Under the pieces are notes generated by a model. That model had not been told where the DNA came from and searched no databases. It saw only the letters and a list, made by a program, of their open reading frames with translations. A DNA stretch of 64,000 nt. Source: Coprobacillus sp. CAG:826 (GTDB lineage: Bacteria > Bacillota_I > Bacilli_A > RFN20 > CAG-826). The DNA lies in NCBI GenBank assembly GCA_000437235.1, contig FR897047.1, positions 43,542-107,541 on the forward strand, written 5' to 3'. Below are positions 1 through 10,206 of the stretch, piece after piece (positions within the stretch are counted from its first letter, which is position 1; each line of letters opens with the position of its first letter). The position numbers and the translations under genes were made by a program.

Positions 1-71
1 AAGTAAAACTTTATACTTCATGTACTGAACTTTTGTATCAAACTTTCTCATTTTACATCTCTCCTACTTCT

Positions 72-1244
72 CTAGAAGTAACTTACTTTAATCCTTTTTC
101 CCATCAATTTCAAGCATTTGGATAATTCTTCCACGAGATTCATCTTAATGTTGAAGTTAATCGGCAAATCAGGGTTTTGGTGTGCTGGGTTAATCGCGCG
201 TCCTACATAGAAATTAATATCGGTTGCTTCTTCAAAAAGTAAACGACAAATTAAGGAAGCGCCATCTCTTCCATAGCCCCATTCTTCATAAAGTGCATTA
301 TCTTTCAATGCATCTTTTGCATATTCTAATACTTTATTAATCGTAATAACACCTTCGGTAACTAAATCGACACCTTCAATTTCGGCAATCGGAGGAACAC
401 CATTTTTATCAAAGACTAAACTTGCTTTGATAGGTTTTCCTAGATATTTCGAAACGATGGATGAAGTCGTACCACCACAAACGATGTGTTTTCCTTCTTT
501 AGAGAAGAATAAGGACATCATTCGATTTGCGTCATCACGATTAGAAGGTGGACCAAAGAGAATATTCATCGGCACCCTTTTACGAATTTTAATTACGCAT
601 GCCGTCGCGTCATCTCCTGGTTTTTCTTCATATAATCGGTTTACTTGATCAACTAAAATGGTTGATAAAGTTTTAGCGGTATATCCGTTTACCGCGACCG
701 TTTCCATAAAATCAATAATATCATCACGTTTCCATCCAAAATTATACGATAAGCCAATACCGGCATGAGGACATCCGTCACTCATCGCGATAAAAATATC
801 ATCCTCCATTAATTTAATCACGGATTTAAATATTCTTTTCCCACCGATATTCATCTCGGTTTTAGGATAATCGTAATTTTTTCCATTTCGTAACACAATG
901 ACAAGCGGATTATCATATTGAATGACTTCCGCTTCTTCATTATTACGAATATGAATAATGGTAAACGTGGAATACGCTACGCCACGTACCGAACAAATCG
1001 GTAAAGTCGCAGCAATGGTAGAAACACAATCTTCTAAGGATAAGCCTTCCGCCATCATCGTCGAAATGATTTTAGAAGTGAGTGTCGATAAAATACTTGC
1101 TTTTACGCCACTTCCTAAGCCATCCGCTAAAACGATAACGGAAGAGTTTTCACCTTGTTCCACTAAATCTACATGATCGCCACAAAGTTGCTCGCCAACG
1201 TGATTAATGCTTTTATATCCAACATCAACACATAAATCATTCAT
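72..1244 (-). CDS. PP2C-type (SpoIIE-like) serine phosphatase with an uncharacterised roughly 170-aa C-terminal domain
   Basis: The N-terminal half has a PP2C/SpoIIE-like metal-binding motif (VLADGLGSGVKAS). It overlaps the upstream hydrogenase-like gene by 8 nt, indicating translational coupling. The C-terminal domain is unassigned. Confidence 0.7.
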   Translation of the reverse strand: MNDLCVDVGYKSINHVGEQLCGDHVDLVEQGENSSVIVLADGLGSGVKASILSTLTSKIISTMMAEGLSLEDCVSTIAATLPICSVRGVAYSTFTIIHIRNNEEAEVIQYDNPLVIVLRNGKNYDYPKTEMNIGGKRIFKSVIKLMEDDIFIAMSDGCPHAGIGLSYNFGWKRDDIIDFMETVAVNGYTAKTLSTILVDQVNRLYEEKPGDDATACVIKIRKRVPMNILFGPPSNRDDANRMMSLFFSKEGKHIVCGGTTSSIVSKYLGKPIKASLVFDKNGVPPIAEIEGVDLVTEGVITINKVLEYAKDALKDNALYEEWGYGRDGASLICRLLFEEATDINFYVGRAINPAHQNPDLPINFNIKMNLVEELSKCLKLMGKRIKVSYF

Positions 1245-2910
1245 CTTGAATAGACTCCTTTAATTTAGTCAAAGCAATCTTCGTTTCCGCAGCGGTTTCT
1301 CCTAATAAAGAAGCAATTTCTTGAACAATACGCATTTGTTTATCGACAACACGGTCAGCAACTTCAATGGTTTGTTGCGAAATGCTTTCCTTTTTCTCCC
1401 GTTCATTTTCTTCATCGGTAATATCTCTCATAATACAAATGAGCATATGATAGGTGGGGTCATAAATAACGGTTTGCTCGACATATTTATCATACTCCGC
1501 TAAATAGGTTCTTTGATTGCGAATACTTCTTTTAGTTTCTAAAACTTTTAAGAAGATTCCAGGATCTAGAATACGCACGACTTGATCACCTAATACATCA
1601 GATACTGAACGAATATTCATAATACGACGCGCTGATGGATTAATTTGTTGTACTTCTAATTTTTCGTTTAAAACAATTAAACCATTCGGGGTATTATTGA
1701 CCATACAATCCGAGAAGCTTTCGGCTTTTTCTTTTAAATAAGGTAAACACATGGAAATTTCAGCTTTTCCATGATAAATAGCAATCGCTTTTTCGCGACA
1801 TGTGTTATAACCACAAGAGCCACAATTTAATTCATCTTCTGGTTTAGTTTTTCCCATTTTATGTAGGATTTCTATAATTTCTTCTTCCGAAGGTGTTCCA
1901 TATCTTCTTTCAATGAATTCAAAATGTTTCTTTAAATCCATGGTATCAGGTTGATCCACCGCAAAGTCTTTCTTTCCGGCATAATGTGCAACAGAAATAT
2001 AGTCATGAATCGGTGAACGATGGTATTTTTCCATAACTGGGCCACCAATACAAGAACCAATACATGCGGACATTTCAATAAAGCAATGATGGATTTTTCC
2101 GCTTTCAATATCTTTTAAAGCAGCGATACAATTTTCCACGCCATCAATAGCCATATAAGTATACGAAGTATCTTGCGCCATCGTCTTTAAAATACCGCCG
2201 GTGGTAGGAAAGAAACGAGTTCTGCTCTCTTCTAAATGATCCATCATAGATTCAAGTTCAATATGTTGTTCTTGAAGCCATTCGGTTAATTCTTCAAACG
2301 TTAAAACGGCATCGACATATCCTTCATAGTGATCGGCTTCATCTTTTTTTGATAAGCAAGGTCCAATAAATACCACTTTAGCACCTGGATATCTTTTTTT
2401 AATATCTTGGGCATGAGCTTGCATTGGAGAAAGAACATCTGCTAAATATGGGAGTTCGGATGGGAAATACTTTTGAATCAAAAGATTCACGGTATGACAG
2501 CAAGAAGAAATCAAAATATCACGACTTTCTTCTTTTAATAATCTTTCATATTCCGTTTTTACAATTTTAGCACCAATCGCAGTTTCTTCTACATCTTTAA
2601 AGCCGAGTTTTTGTAAAGCTTTACGCATACCTTCAATACCAATATTTTCATAATTAGCAATAAAGGAAGGCGCTAAACTCACATAAACAGGGGCTCCCGA
2701 TTGAATGAGCACTTTTGCTCTTTCGACTTCCGAAGCAATTTCTTTGGCATTTTGTGGACAAACAACGAAACATTGTCCACATAAAATACATTCATTCCCA
2801 ATAATATGAGCTTGGTTAGCGGAAAAACGAATGGATTTCACTGGACAGTGACGAATGCACTTATAACAGTTTTTACAGTTTGATTTTTTTAAGGTCAAAT
2901 AGTCTGCCAT
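1237..2910 (-). CDS. Sensory [FeFe]-hydrogenase-like protein (HydS/HfsB-type) with N-terminal 2x[4Fe-4S] ferredoxin motifs, an H-cluster domain and a C-terminal PAS domain
   Basis: Two CxxCxxCxxxCP motifs (CKNCYKCIRHCP and CILCGQCFVVCP). H-cluster motifs are present in variant form: L1 as SSCCH, L2 as GPCLSKKDE, L3 as EMSACIGSCIGGP. The modified L1 is typical of sensory (group C) enzymes. A C-terminal PAS-like region and an extra Cys cluster (CGSCGYNTC) follow. Confidence 0.85.
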   Translation of the reverse strand: MADYLTLKKSNCKNCYKCIRHCPVKSIRFSANQAHIIGNECILCGQCFVVCPQNAKEIASEVERAKVLIQSGAPVYVSLAPSFIANYENIGIEGMRKALQKLGFKDVEETAIGAKIVKTEYERLLKEESRDILISSCCHTVNLLIQKYFPSELPYLADVLSPMQAHAQDIKKRYPGAKVVFIGPCLSKKDEADHYEGYVDAVLTFEELTEWLQEQHIELESMMDHLEESRTRFFPTTGGILKTMAQDTSYTYMAIDGVENCIAALKDIESGKIHHCFIEMSACIGSCIGGPVMEKYHRSPIHDYISVAHYAGKKDFAVDQPDTMDLKKHFEFIERRYGTPSEEEIIEILHKMGKTKPEDELNCGSCGYNTCREKAIAIYHGKAEISMCLPYLKEKAESFSDCMVNNTPNGLIVLNEKLEVQQINPSARRIMNIRSVSDVLGDQVVRILDPGIFLKVLETKRSIRNQRTYLAEYDKYVEQTVIYDPTYHMLICIMRDITDEENEREKKESISQQTIEVADRVVDKQMRIVQEIASLLGETAAETKIALTKLKESIQDE

Positions 2911-2911
2911 A

Positions 2912-3178
2912 TTATAAATCTCCTTCCGCTTTTAAAGCACTTACGACTTTTTCATTCCAAAAATCGGTAAATGTATCTTTCGTAATTCCTGTATAGATAA
3001 CATCATTTACCGTAATGGTTACACCGATACGATTGCACTTTCCGGTACAAAAACTACCGGAAAGGACAATACGATCTTCTAAATGTAAATCAGCAATTTT
3101 ATTTTCAAGTAGTTGAACAATATCAGAAGCGCCTTTAATATAACAAGAACTTCCTACGCATACTTGAATAACTACCAT
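2912..3178 (-). CDS. Thioredoxin-like [2Fe-2S] ferredoxin (NuoE/HymA-like small subunit)
   Basis: 88 aa with four Cys in a CX4C...CX3C arrangement (CVGSSC...CTGKC). Confidence 0.7.
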   Translation of the reverse strand: MVVIQVCVGSSCYIKGASDIVQLLENKIADLHLEDRIVLSGSFCTGKCNRIGVTITVNDVIYTGITKDTFTDFWNEKVVSALKAEGDL

Positions 3179-3180
3179 CG

Positions 3181-3423
3181 TTAAATCCTCGAAAGAATCT
3201 CTTTCGTAAAGAATTCATCAACGGTTTCTGGACTAACGGAGAAGAAATCTCCATCGACAGTTACGCAAACACCTTGTTGGCATTTTCCCATGCAGAAAGT
3301 GCCACCGAGTTCTACTTTGTCTTTTAAATCATTTTTGGCAATTAAATATTGTAAAGATTCAACGACTTGACGAGAACCTTTAATATGGCAAGAACTACCA
3401 ATACAGACTGTAACTTTAATCAT
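3181..3423 (-). CDS. Thioredoxin-like [2Fe-2S] ferredoxin, tandem paralogue
   Basis: 80 aa with the same CIGSSC...CMGKC pattern. It lies in tandem with the previous gene. Confidence 0.7.
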   Translation of the reverse strand: MIKVTVCIGSSCHIKGSRQVVESLQYLIAKNDLKDKVELGGTFCMGKCQQGVCVTVDGDFFSVSPETVDEFFTKEILSRI

Positions 3424-3443
3424 AATTCTAATTCTCCTTTATA

Positions 3444-4193
3444 TTATTCGTAATCAACAACGTTGACCCAACTTAATAAGAACTCACGTTCTTTTTCGTT
3501 TCCTTTAACGGATTGAGAAGCGGCGACAATTGGCATCCATTTTTGGACATAGTGCTTTTCTGTGCCGGTTTTCTTACAATATAAATCTAAATATTCATCT
3601 GCACCAGTAATATCACCATTGAGCCAGAATAGTAAGTAGGTTCTTGCTACGTCAGCGGAAGCATTTCCTTGCGTAGCATGGGACCAGTCGATGATATAAG
3701 GTGTGCCATCATCCGCAATGATGATATTGGATGGGTTGAAGTCACCATGACATAATTTATTATGTTTTGGCATACCTTCAAGACGTGTATGAAGATCATA
3801 ACGGGTGGTTGCATCTAAATCAGCTTGAGAAATCTTACGATTCATCTTGTCTTTTAATTTATTTAAAAGTGGACAAGTTTTGGATTGAACTTCGATTTGT
3901 AAATTTACAAAGAGTTCTAAGTATTCTTCTTTCTTTTCAGGATTTTCTTGCATTAATTGTGCTAAAGTTTTTCCTTTAATGTATTCATAAACAATGGCCC
4001 ATTTTCCATCAATCATGGTAACTTCACGAATTTGTGGAATCTTTAAGCCGGTTTCCAATACACGAGCGTGATTTAACGCTTCATTTAAAACATCAGCAAC
4101 GGAATAATCTTTGTCAAAAACTTTAATACAGTTATCGCCATCGCGATATACGGTTTTACTATTACGAACTGCAATTACTCTATCTAATTTCAT
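3444..4193 (-). CDS. Phosphotransferase of the aminoglycoside-phosphotransferase/choline-kinase fold
   Basis: Catalytic-loop motif HGDFNPSNIII (Brenner motif) and a metal-binding IIDWSHA motif. The protein is 249 aa. Confidence 0.65.
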   Translation of the reverse strand: MKLDRVIAVRNSKTVYRDGDNCIKVFDKDYSVADVLNEALNHARVLETGLKIPQIREVTMIDGKWAIVYEYIKGKTLAQLMQENPEKKEEYLELFVNLQIEVQSKTCPLLNKLKDKMNRKISQADLDATTRYDLHTRLEGMPKHNKLCHGDFNPSNIIIADDGTPYIIDWSHATQGNASADVARTYLLFWLNGDITGADEYLDLYCKKTGTEKHYVQKWMPIVAASQSVKGNEKEREFLLSWVNVVDYE

Positions 4194-4212
4194 ACTTATT
4201 TATCCCCTTTCA

Positions 4213-6930
4213 TTAAGCTTTTTTCATGCCGTTTCTCGCCCGGCGATATGCTTTTTTGAAATCATGTGAATCATCGGTAGAAACGATATCGTTTTGCGTT
4301 GGAACTTCCATTTCTTCGAAATGTTTGTTGCCATAATAAGCATTTAAGTACATTTGTTTGATTTCACTCATTAATGGATAACGTGGGTTAGCGCCGGTGC
4401 ATTGATCATCAAAGGCTTGTTCCACCATGGCGTCTAAACGATCCAAGAAGTCTTTTTCATCTGGAACGTAATCACGAATGGTTGGTTTAATACCCACTTT
4501 GGCTTTTAATTCATTAATGGCTTTAATTAAGTTTTCAACCTTTTCACTATCGGTCTTACCACCTAAACCAAGGTAGTCAGCAGCTTCGGCATAACGAGCC
4601 ATGGTGTGTGGGTGATCATATTGTGGGAAGGTACCCATTTTAGCTGGGACTTCGGCGGAGTTAAAGCGAATGACTTCTTCTAACATTAAAGCGTTAGCGA
4701 CACCGTGAGCGATGTGGTGGAAAGCACCAAGTTTATGAGCCATGGAGTGGCAGACACCTAAGAAGGCATTAGCGAAGGCCATACCTGCCATGGTAGCAGC
4801 GTTAGCCATTTTTTCACGAGCTTCGACATCGGTTTGTCCGTTATCGTACGCTCTTGGTAAATATTCAAAAATCATCTTTAAGGAACGTAAGGCTAAACCA
4901 TCGGTATAGTCGGTTGCCATCATAGAAGCAATAGCTTCTAAGTTATGGGAAACGGCATCAATACCAGAAGCAGCGGTTAATCCTTTTGGCGCGCTCATAT
5001 GGAAATCGGTATCAATGATGGCCATATTTGGTAATAATTGGTAGTCGGCTAATGGGTATTTCACACCTGTTCTTTCATCGGTAATAACCGCGAATGGTGT
5101 AACTTCAGAACCAGTACCAGCAGAAGTTGGAACAGCGATGAAGTAAGCTTTTTCACCCATTTTTGGGAATGTATATACTCTCTTACGAATATCCATGAAG
5201 CGCATAGCCATATCTAAGAAGTCGACTTCTGGATGTTCATACATCACCCACATAATCTTAGCAGCGTCCATTGCGGAACCACCACCAAGAGCGATGATGC
5301 AATCTGGAGCAAAGGCGACCATTTGTTTGGTACCTTCTTTTGCACATGCAAGGGTTGGGTCTGGTGCAACATCGAAGAATGTTGTATGTTCAATACCCAT
5401 TTCGTCTAATTTATCGGTAATTGGTTTGGTATATCCATGATGATATAAGAAACTATCTGTAACAATGAAACATTTTTTCTTACCCATAACGGTCTTGAGT
5501 TCATCAAGCGCTACTGGTAAACAACCTTTTTTAATATATACCTTTTCAGGTGCTCTAAACCAAAGCATGTTTTCTCTCCTTTCAGCCACAGTTTTGATGT
5601 TAATTAAATGTTTAACTCCTACGTTTTCGGAAACGGAGTTACCGCCCCAAGAACCACAACCAAGAGTTAAAGATGGTCTTAATTTAAAGTTATATAAGTC
5701 ACCAATACCACCTTGAGAAGAAGGTGTATTTACTAAAATACGGCAAGTCTTCATTCTTTCAGTGAATTCATCTAATTTGGCTTTTTGGGTAATTGGATCA
5801 AGGTAGATAGAAGAAGTATGTCCATATCCACCATCCGCGATTAAGCGTTCAGCTTTAGAGAAAGCATCTTCGATGTCTTTAGCGCGATACATAGCAAGAA
5901 CTGGTGAGAGTTTTTCATGAGCGAATTCTTCAGAAAGTTCAACACTTTCGACTTCGCCAATTAAAATTTTAGTTCCTTCTGGAACCGTCACACCGGCTAA
6001 TTCAGCAATGCGAACGGCTTTTTGACCAACGATTTTGGCATTTAAAGCGCCATTAATAATAATTGTTTTTCTAACTTTTTCGGTTTCTTCTGGTGATAAG
6101 AAGTAGCAACCTCTAGCGGCAAATTCAGCCTTGACGGTATCATAAATGCTATCAAGAACAATGACAGATTGTTCGGAAGCACAAATCATACCATTATCGA
6201 AAGTTTTAGAATGGATAATTGAGCTAACAGCAAGGGTGATATTGGCACTATCATCAATGATGGCTGGGGTATTACCAGCACCAACGCCTAAGGCTGGTTT
6301 TCCTGAAGAATAAGCGGCTTTGACCATGCCTGGACCACCGGTAGCTAAAATAATATCGGCTTCTTTCATGATTAAATTGGTGAGTTCAAGACTTGGAACA
6401 TCAATCCAACCAATAATGCCTTCTGGAGCACCAGCTGCAACAGCAGCTTCAAGAACAACTTTCGCAGCAGCGATGGTTGATTTCTTGGCTCTTGGGTGAG
6501 GGCTAATAATAATACCATTTCTTGTCTTTAAAGCGATTAATGTTTTGAAAATCGCGGTTGAAGTTGGGTTGGTCGTTGGAATAACCGCAGCGATTAAACC
6601 GATAGGTTCTGCAACTTTTTTGATGCCAAAAGCCTTATCTTCTTCAATAACACCACAGGTTTTCACATTACGATAGGCATTATAAATGTATTCAGCTGCG
6701 TAGTGATTTTTAATGACTTTGTCTTCTACGACGCCCATGCCTGTTTCTTCTACTGCAAGTTTAGCAAGAGGAATACGCATTTTGTTTGCGGCTAATGAGG
6801 CAGCTAAGAAAATCGCATCCACTTGTTCTTGGGTATAAGTGGCAAATTTTCTTTGTGCTTCTTTTACTCTGCTAATTAGCGCTTCTAATGAATCCACGCT
6901 ATCGACGATTGAATAATTTTTTTCTTCCAT
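4213..6930 (-). CDS. adhE: Bifunctional acetaldehyde-CoA/alcohol dehydrogenase AdhE
   Basis: 905 aa. The N-terminal ALDH domain has the catalytic Cys in the ICASEQS context. The C-terminal Fe-ADH domain has the GGGSAMDAAK motif and the His cluster HSMAHKLGAFHHIAHG. Confidence 0.95.
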   Translation of the reverse strand: MEEKNYSIVDSVDSLEALISRVKEAQRKFATYTQEQVDAIFLAASLAANKMRIPLAKLAVEETGMGVVEDKVIKNHYAAEYIYNAYRNVKTCGVIEEDKAFGIKKVAEPIGLIAAVIPTTNPTSTAIFKTLIALKTRNGIIISPHPRAKKSTIAAAKVVLEAAVAAGAPEGIIGWIDVPSLELTNLIMKEADIILATGGPGMVKAAYSSGKPALGVGAGNTPAIIDDSANITLAVSSIIHSKTFDNGMICASEQSVIVLDSIYDTVKAEFAARGCYFLSPEETEKVRKTIIINGALNAKIVGQKAVRIAELAGVTVPEGTKILIGEVESVELSEEFAHEKLSPVLAMYRAKDIEDAFSKAERLIADGGYGHTSSIYLDPITQKAKLDEFTERMKTCRILVNTPSSQGGIGDLYNFKLRPSLTLGCGSWGGNSVSENVGVKHLINIKTVAERRENMLWFRAPEKVYIKKGCLPVALDELKTVMGKKKCFIVTDSFLYHHGYTKPITDKLDEMGIEHTTFFDVAPDPTLACAKEGTKQMVAFAPDCIIALGGGSAMDAAKIMWVMYEHPEVDFLDMAMRFMDIRKRVYTFPKMGEKAYFIAVPTSAGTGSEVTPFAVITDERTGVKYPLADYQLLPNMAIIDTDFHMSAPKGLTAASGIDAVSHNLEAIASMMATDYTDGLALRSLKMIFEYLPRAYDNGQTDVEAREKMANAATMAGMAFANAFLGVCHSMAHKLGAFHHIAHGVANALMLEEVIRFNSAEVPAKMGTFPQYDHPHTMARYAEAADYLGLGGKTDSEKVENLIKAINELKAKVGIKPTIRDYVPDEKDFLDRLDAMVEQAFDDQCTGANPRYPLMSEIKQMYLNAYYGNKHFEEMEVPTQNDIVSTDDSHDFKKAYRRARNGMKKA

Positions 6931-6957
6931 ATTTTTGAACTCCTTTTTTATTCATTC

Positions 6958-7578
6958 TTATTTAATGCTTGCTGATAAAACAGCAAGTGATGCCGCCATA
7001 TTTTCGTTTCTTACACGAATATAGCTCGGCAAAGTAAGTCTTCCTGGTGTAAAATTCCAAATGGCAATGATACCCGCTTCCACTAATAGATCACAAACTT
7101 TTTGTGCCTCTTTTTCTGGCACGGTGATTACCCCGATTTTAATGTTTTCTTCTTGGCAGTATTTTTTCAGTTCTTCAATTGAATAAACTTTTTTACCATT
7201 AGATAGTTCTCCTATTTTTGAAGGATCGTTATCAAATCCCGCGACAAGAACTAAACCATATTCATTAAAATGGCTATAAGATAATAATGTTTTTCCTAGA
7301 TTTCCTACGCCAATCACAACGGCTTTTGTTTCGTTATGACAGCTTAAGGCTTCTTCAAGATGATTCATTAAATCTTTTTTAACGTAACCAATTTTGGGCT
7401 TGCCCGTTCCACAGACTAAAGATAAATCTTTTCGCACTTGAACTTCGCCAAGTTGAAGTGCTCTAGCGATGCTAGCCGATGAAATCGTGTCATTTTCATT
7501 CATTTGTAAAGAATACAAATAATGTAAATAGATAGGCAATCGTTCTAATACTGATTTTGAGAGTCTATTTTGTTTCAC
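6958..7578 (-). CDS. rex: Redox-sensing transcriptional repressor Rex
   Basis: N-terminal winged-helix region, then a Rossmann fold with GVGNLG. It sits directly upstream of adhE and is co-oriented with it. Confidence 0.9.
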   Translation of the reverse strand: MKQNRLSKSVLERLPIYLHYLYSLQMNENDTISSASIARALQLGEVQVRKDLSLVCGTGKPKIGYVKKDLMNHLEEALSCHNETKAVVIGVGNLGKTLLSYSHFNEYGLVLVAGFDNDPSKIGELSNGKKVYSIEELKKYCQEENIKIGVITVPEKEAQKVCDLLVEAGIIAIWNFTPGRLTLPSYIRVRNENMAASLAVLSASIK

Positions 7579-7726
7579 TATACCATCTCCTTACTTTATC
7601 CGTTTCAATTGTACTTCCCATTCCTCCTTTATTGAAATATAAATATTACATGTCGATATATCATTATCGATATAAGTGTATCGAAATGATTTTTTTCCTT
7701 TATTTTCCTAGCTTTTTTTCACTTTT

Positions 7727-8662
7727 TTATTTAATAAAATCTCTTTTAGATTTGCATAATTCCGTGATAAAAAGCTTATCTAATTTCGAAAGGCGATATG
7801 TACTTAGGTAAATTAAGACATCTTTATAATATTTTTGATTCTCTTTGCATTCAAATTGCACCAAACCATATCTTTCTAATGTTTCGTTAGGAATTGGTGA
7901 AACCCACATAAAAGCATTGGGGTTCGTAGATAATGTATCAAACTGACTTGCTCTTTCAAAAACAAAAATTCTTCTTTGAACATTATCCGGTAATTCTTCT
8001 TTTTTTACTTCGGCTAAAGGAAGCGAAGGGACAAAAGGATCGGCATGGGCAATTTCAATATAGTCTTTTAAATCATCATACGTAATTTCTTCTTTTTTCG
8101 CTAATGGACAATCTTTCGACATCAATAAAACAAAGCGAAATTCCGCCACTAATTCATAGATAAAATTTTTAGAATCAAGTAATTCTTTAAAATAATTATC
8201 GTATTGTGCCGCATAACGAATAATGCCTAATTTATAATCCGCATGTAAGATATTATTGATAGCTCTTAAAGCATTCGTTTCTTTATAAAAAATATCACAT
8301 TGGTCTTCCGCCATTAAATATTTGGAGAAGGAAGCAAAGGCATGCGAAATATAAGACGCTCTTGGTACGGAAATGGAAAAAACTTCTTTTTTCGATTGCT
8401 CTTCTTTAAACATATTTTGTACTTCATCAATTTGTTGCAGTATTTTCTTTCCGTATTGAATGAGCTTTTCGCCGTCCGGTGTAAGACTCATACCTTTTGA
8501 ATTACGATCAAAAATCGTAATACCTAATTCTTTTTCTAACTCTTTAATCGCGCGAGAAAGATTCGGTTGCGCAACATATAAGGCTTCCGCCGCTTTAGAG
8601 AGCGATCCAATTCGAGCTACTTCAACAGCATACTTCAAATAAATAATGTTCATCAGCTTCAC
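7727..8662 (-). CDS. LysR-family transcriptional regulator
   Basis: N-terminal LysR HTH (IIYLKYAVEVARIGSLSKAAEALYVAQPNLSRAIKELE) plus a substrate-binding domain of the expected length. Confidence 0.85.
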   Translation of the reverse strand: MKLMNIIYLKYAVEVARIGSLSKAAEALYVAQPNLSRAIKELEKELGITIFDRNSKGMSLTPDGEKLIQYGKKILQQIDEVQNMFKEEQSKKEVFSISVPRASYISHAFASFSKYLMAEDQCDIFYKETNALRAINNILHADYKLGIIRYAAQYDNYFKELLDSKNFIYELVAEFRFVLLMSKDCPLAKKEEITYDDLKDYIEIAHADPFVPSLPLAEVKKEELPDNVQRRIFVFERASQFDTLSTNPNAFMWVSPIPNETLERYGLVQFECKENQKYYKDVLIYLSTYRLSKLDKLFITELCKSKRDFIK

Positions 8663-8976
8663 TCCTCATTCTACGAGACCATTATATCAAAATCTATATA
8701 TAAAAAAAAGATTTCATTTTTCCTTTATAAGGAAAAAAAGAAACCTTTTATTTTTTTTCGTTAGCTATATAGAATTTAAAATAGGTTGATGAATCAAAAA
8801 TTTCTTTTCTCAAACAATATTTGAAAGTTCATCTAATGATAAAAGTAGGTATTCTTTACTTTCATCATACGTGAGCATTTCTAATATTTTCTTTTTATCA
8901 TAACTTGTGATACAGTCAATAAAATATGTACTTAATAGCCATTTCGTATTCCTTTTAATGTAGCGTTGAACACTAT

Positions 8977-10206
8977 TTAAAACTTTTCATTTTTGCTGAT
9001 AAAGTCCATCAAATTCACGTGTTTTATTCCGCTACGCTGTTGCAAGAGATAGTCTGTCGTAACAACGTACCGCGGATAGTTGTCCTTTATGTTTTCTAAC
9101 GGACGATATTCTCGTTCTTCTGTTTCTTTGCTTAATGCAATAGTGTAAGCTACTTGAATATAGGCATATTGCATGTCCGTTCCGCGAACAATAAAGTCGC
9201 ACTCAAACTTACCGAATCTTCCTACGCTTACAGAGTAATCGAGCGACTTCGCATAAATATAGACGATATTCTCAAGTACCGGTCCGTAATTGATTTTGTT
9301 ATCCGTATTTTCAGCATAATAAAAACTCAAATCGGCAAGATAATATTTCTTTTCTCCAGAAAGAGAACGTTTGGATTTCATATCAAAGCGAGGGCATTCA
9401 TACAAGATTTTTGCATCAATAAGCGCCTTGACGTATTTGGAAATTGTTGAAGTGTTGATAGGTGTTCCATTTTTTCTTATTGCCTCGCAAATATTATTTA
9501 AACTTGTAGTTGCACCGAAGTTATTGATAATATATTTGCGAATTATCTCAAAGGTTTCTTTGTTTTTGATTTTTAAACGCTTACGAATGTCTTTTTCAAA
9601 AATTTCCGAAATGACATCTTGAACGTATTTTCTTTTATCAGCCATATCATCAAACAAAACTGCTCTTGGAAAACCCCCTTCAAGAATATAATTTGTAAGT
9701 TCAATCATTGGATTAGGATTTATTGGTTTTCCGAAGAAAGCCTTCATCTCTTCATATTCTTGAAAATTTAATGTAAAAAGTTCAAACTGGACATATCTTC
9801 CTGTCAGTTTCGTAACCAATTCACCGCCTAAAAGATAAGAATTTAATCCGGTGATAAAAATCGACCAATTTCCATCTGTTCTAAAACTATTAATAACAGT
9901 CTCAAAATCTTTAACATTTTGAACTTCGTCAATAAAGAGATATTTCATCTCTTCTGTTTCGCTTTTTGACATGATTAAAGATTCTAATTGATTGGACGTT
10001 ACAATATTTCGATATTCTCGTTTATCAAGGTCGAGATAAATAATTCTTGATTCTGGAATTCCCGCTTCTTTAAGTTCATTTGCAATCATTTGCATTAAGC
10101 TTGATTTTCCGCAACGACGTACACCTGTGATAACCTTAATCAAATCGTCAGCATGGTAGAAACCACGTATTTTTTTTAAGTAATTCTCTCTAATATACAT
10201 GTTCAT
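8977..10206 (-). CDS. AAA+ ATPase of the DUF4143 (COG1373) family
   Basis: Walker A motif GVRRCGKSS and Walker B motif LFIDEVQ. The 409-aa domain architecture is typical of this ATPase family. Confidence 0.8.
   Translation of the reverse strand: MNMYIRENYLKKIRGFYHADDLIKVITGVRRCGKSSLMQMIANELKEAGIPESRIIYLDLDKREYRNIVTSNQLESLIMSKSETEEMKYLFIDEVQNVKDFETVINSFRTDGNWSIFITGLNSYLLGGELVTKLTGRYVQFELFTLNFQEYEEMKAFFGKPINPNPMIELTNYILEGGFPRAVLFDDMADKRKYVQDVISEIFEKDIRKRLKIKNKETFEIIRKYIINNFGATTSLNNICEAIRKNGTPINTSTISKYVKALIDAKILYECPRFDMKSKRSLSGEKKYYLADLSFYYAENTDNKINYGPVLENIVYIYAKSLDYSVSVGRFGKFECDFIVRGTDMQYAYIQVAYTIALSKETEEREYRPLENIKDNYPRYVVTTDYLLQQRSGIKHVNLMDFISKNEKF

Noticed and set aside
5195-5716. 81-aa and 83-aa plus-strand ORFs inside adhE
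   Set aside because: They are antisense to a strongly supported 905-aa AdhE gene with conserved motifs throughout. They are spurious.
7579-7726. Looked for a Rex operator (TTGTGAA-N4-TTCACAA type) upstream of rex/adhE
   Set aside because: No match was found. Only ATCGATAT-type short palindromes are present, so no Rex box is annotated.
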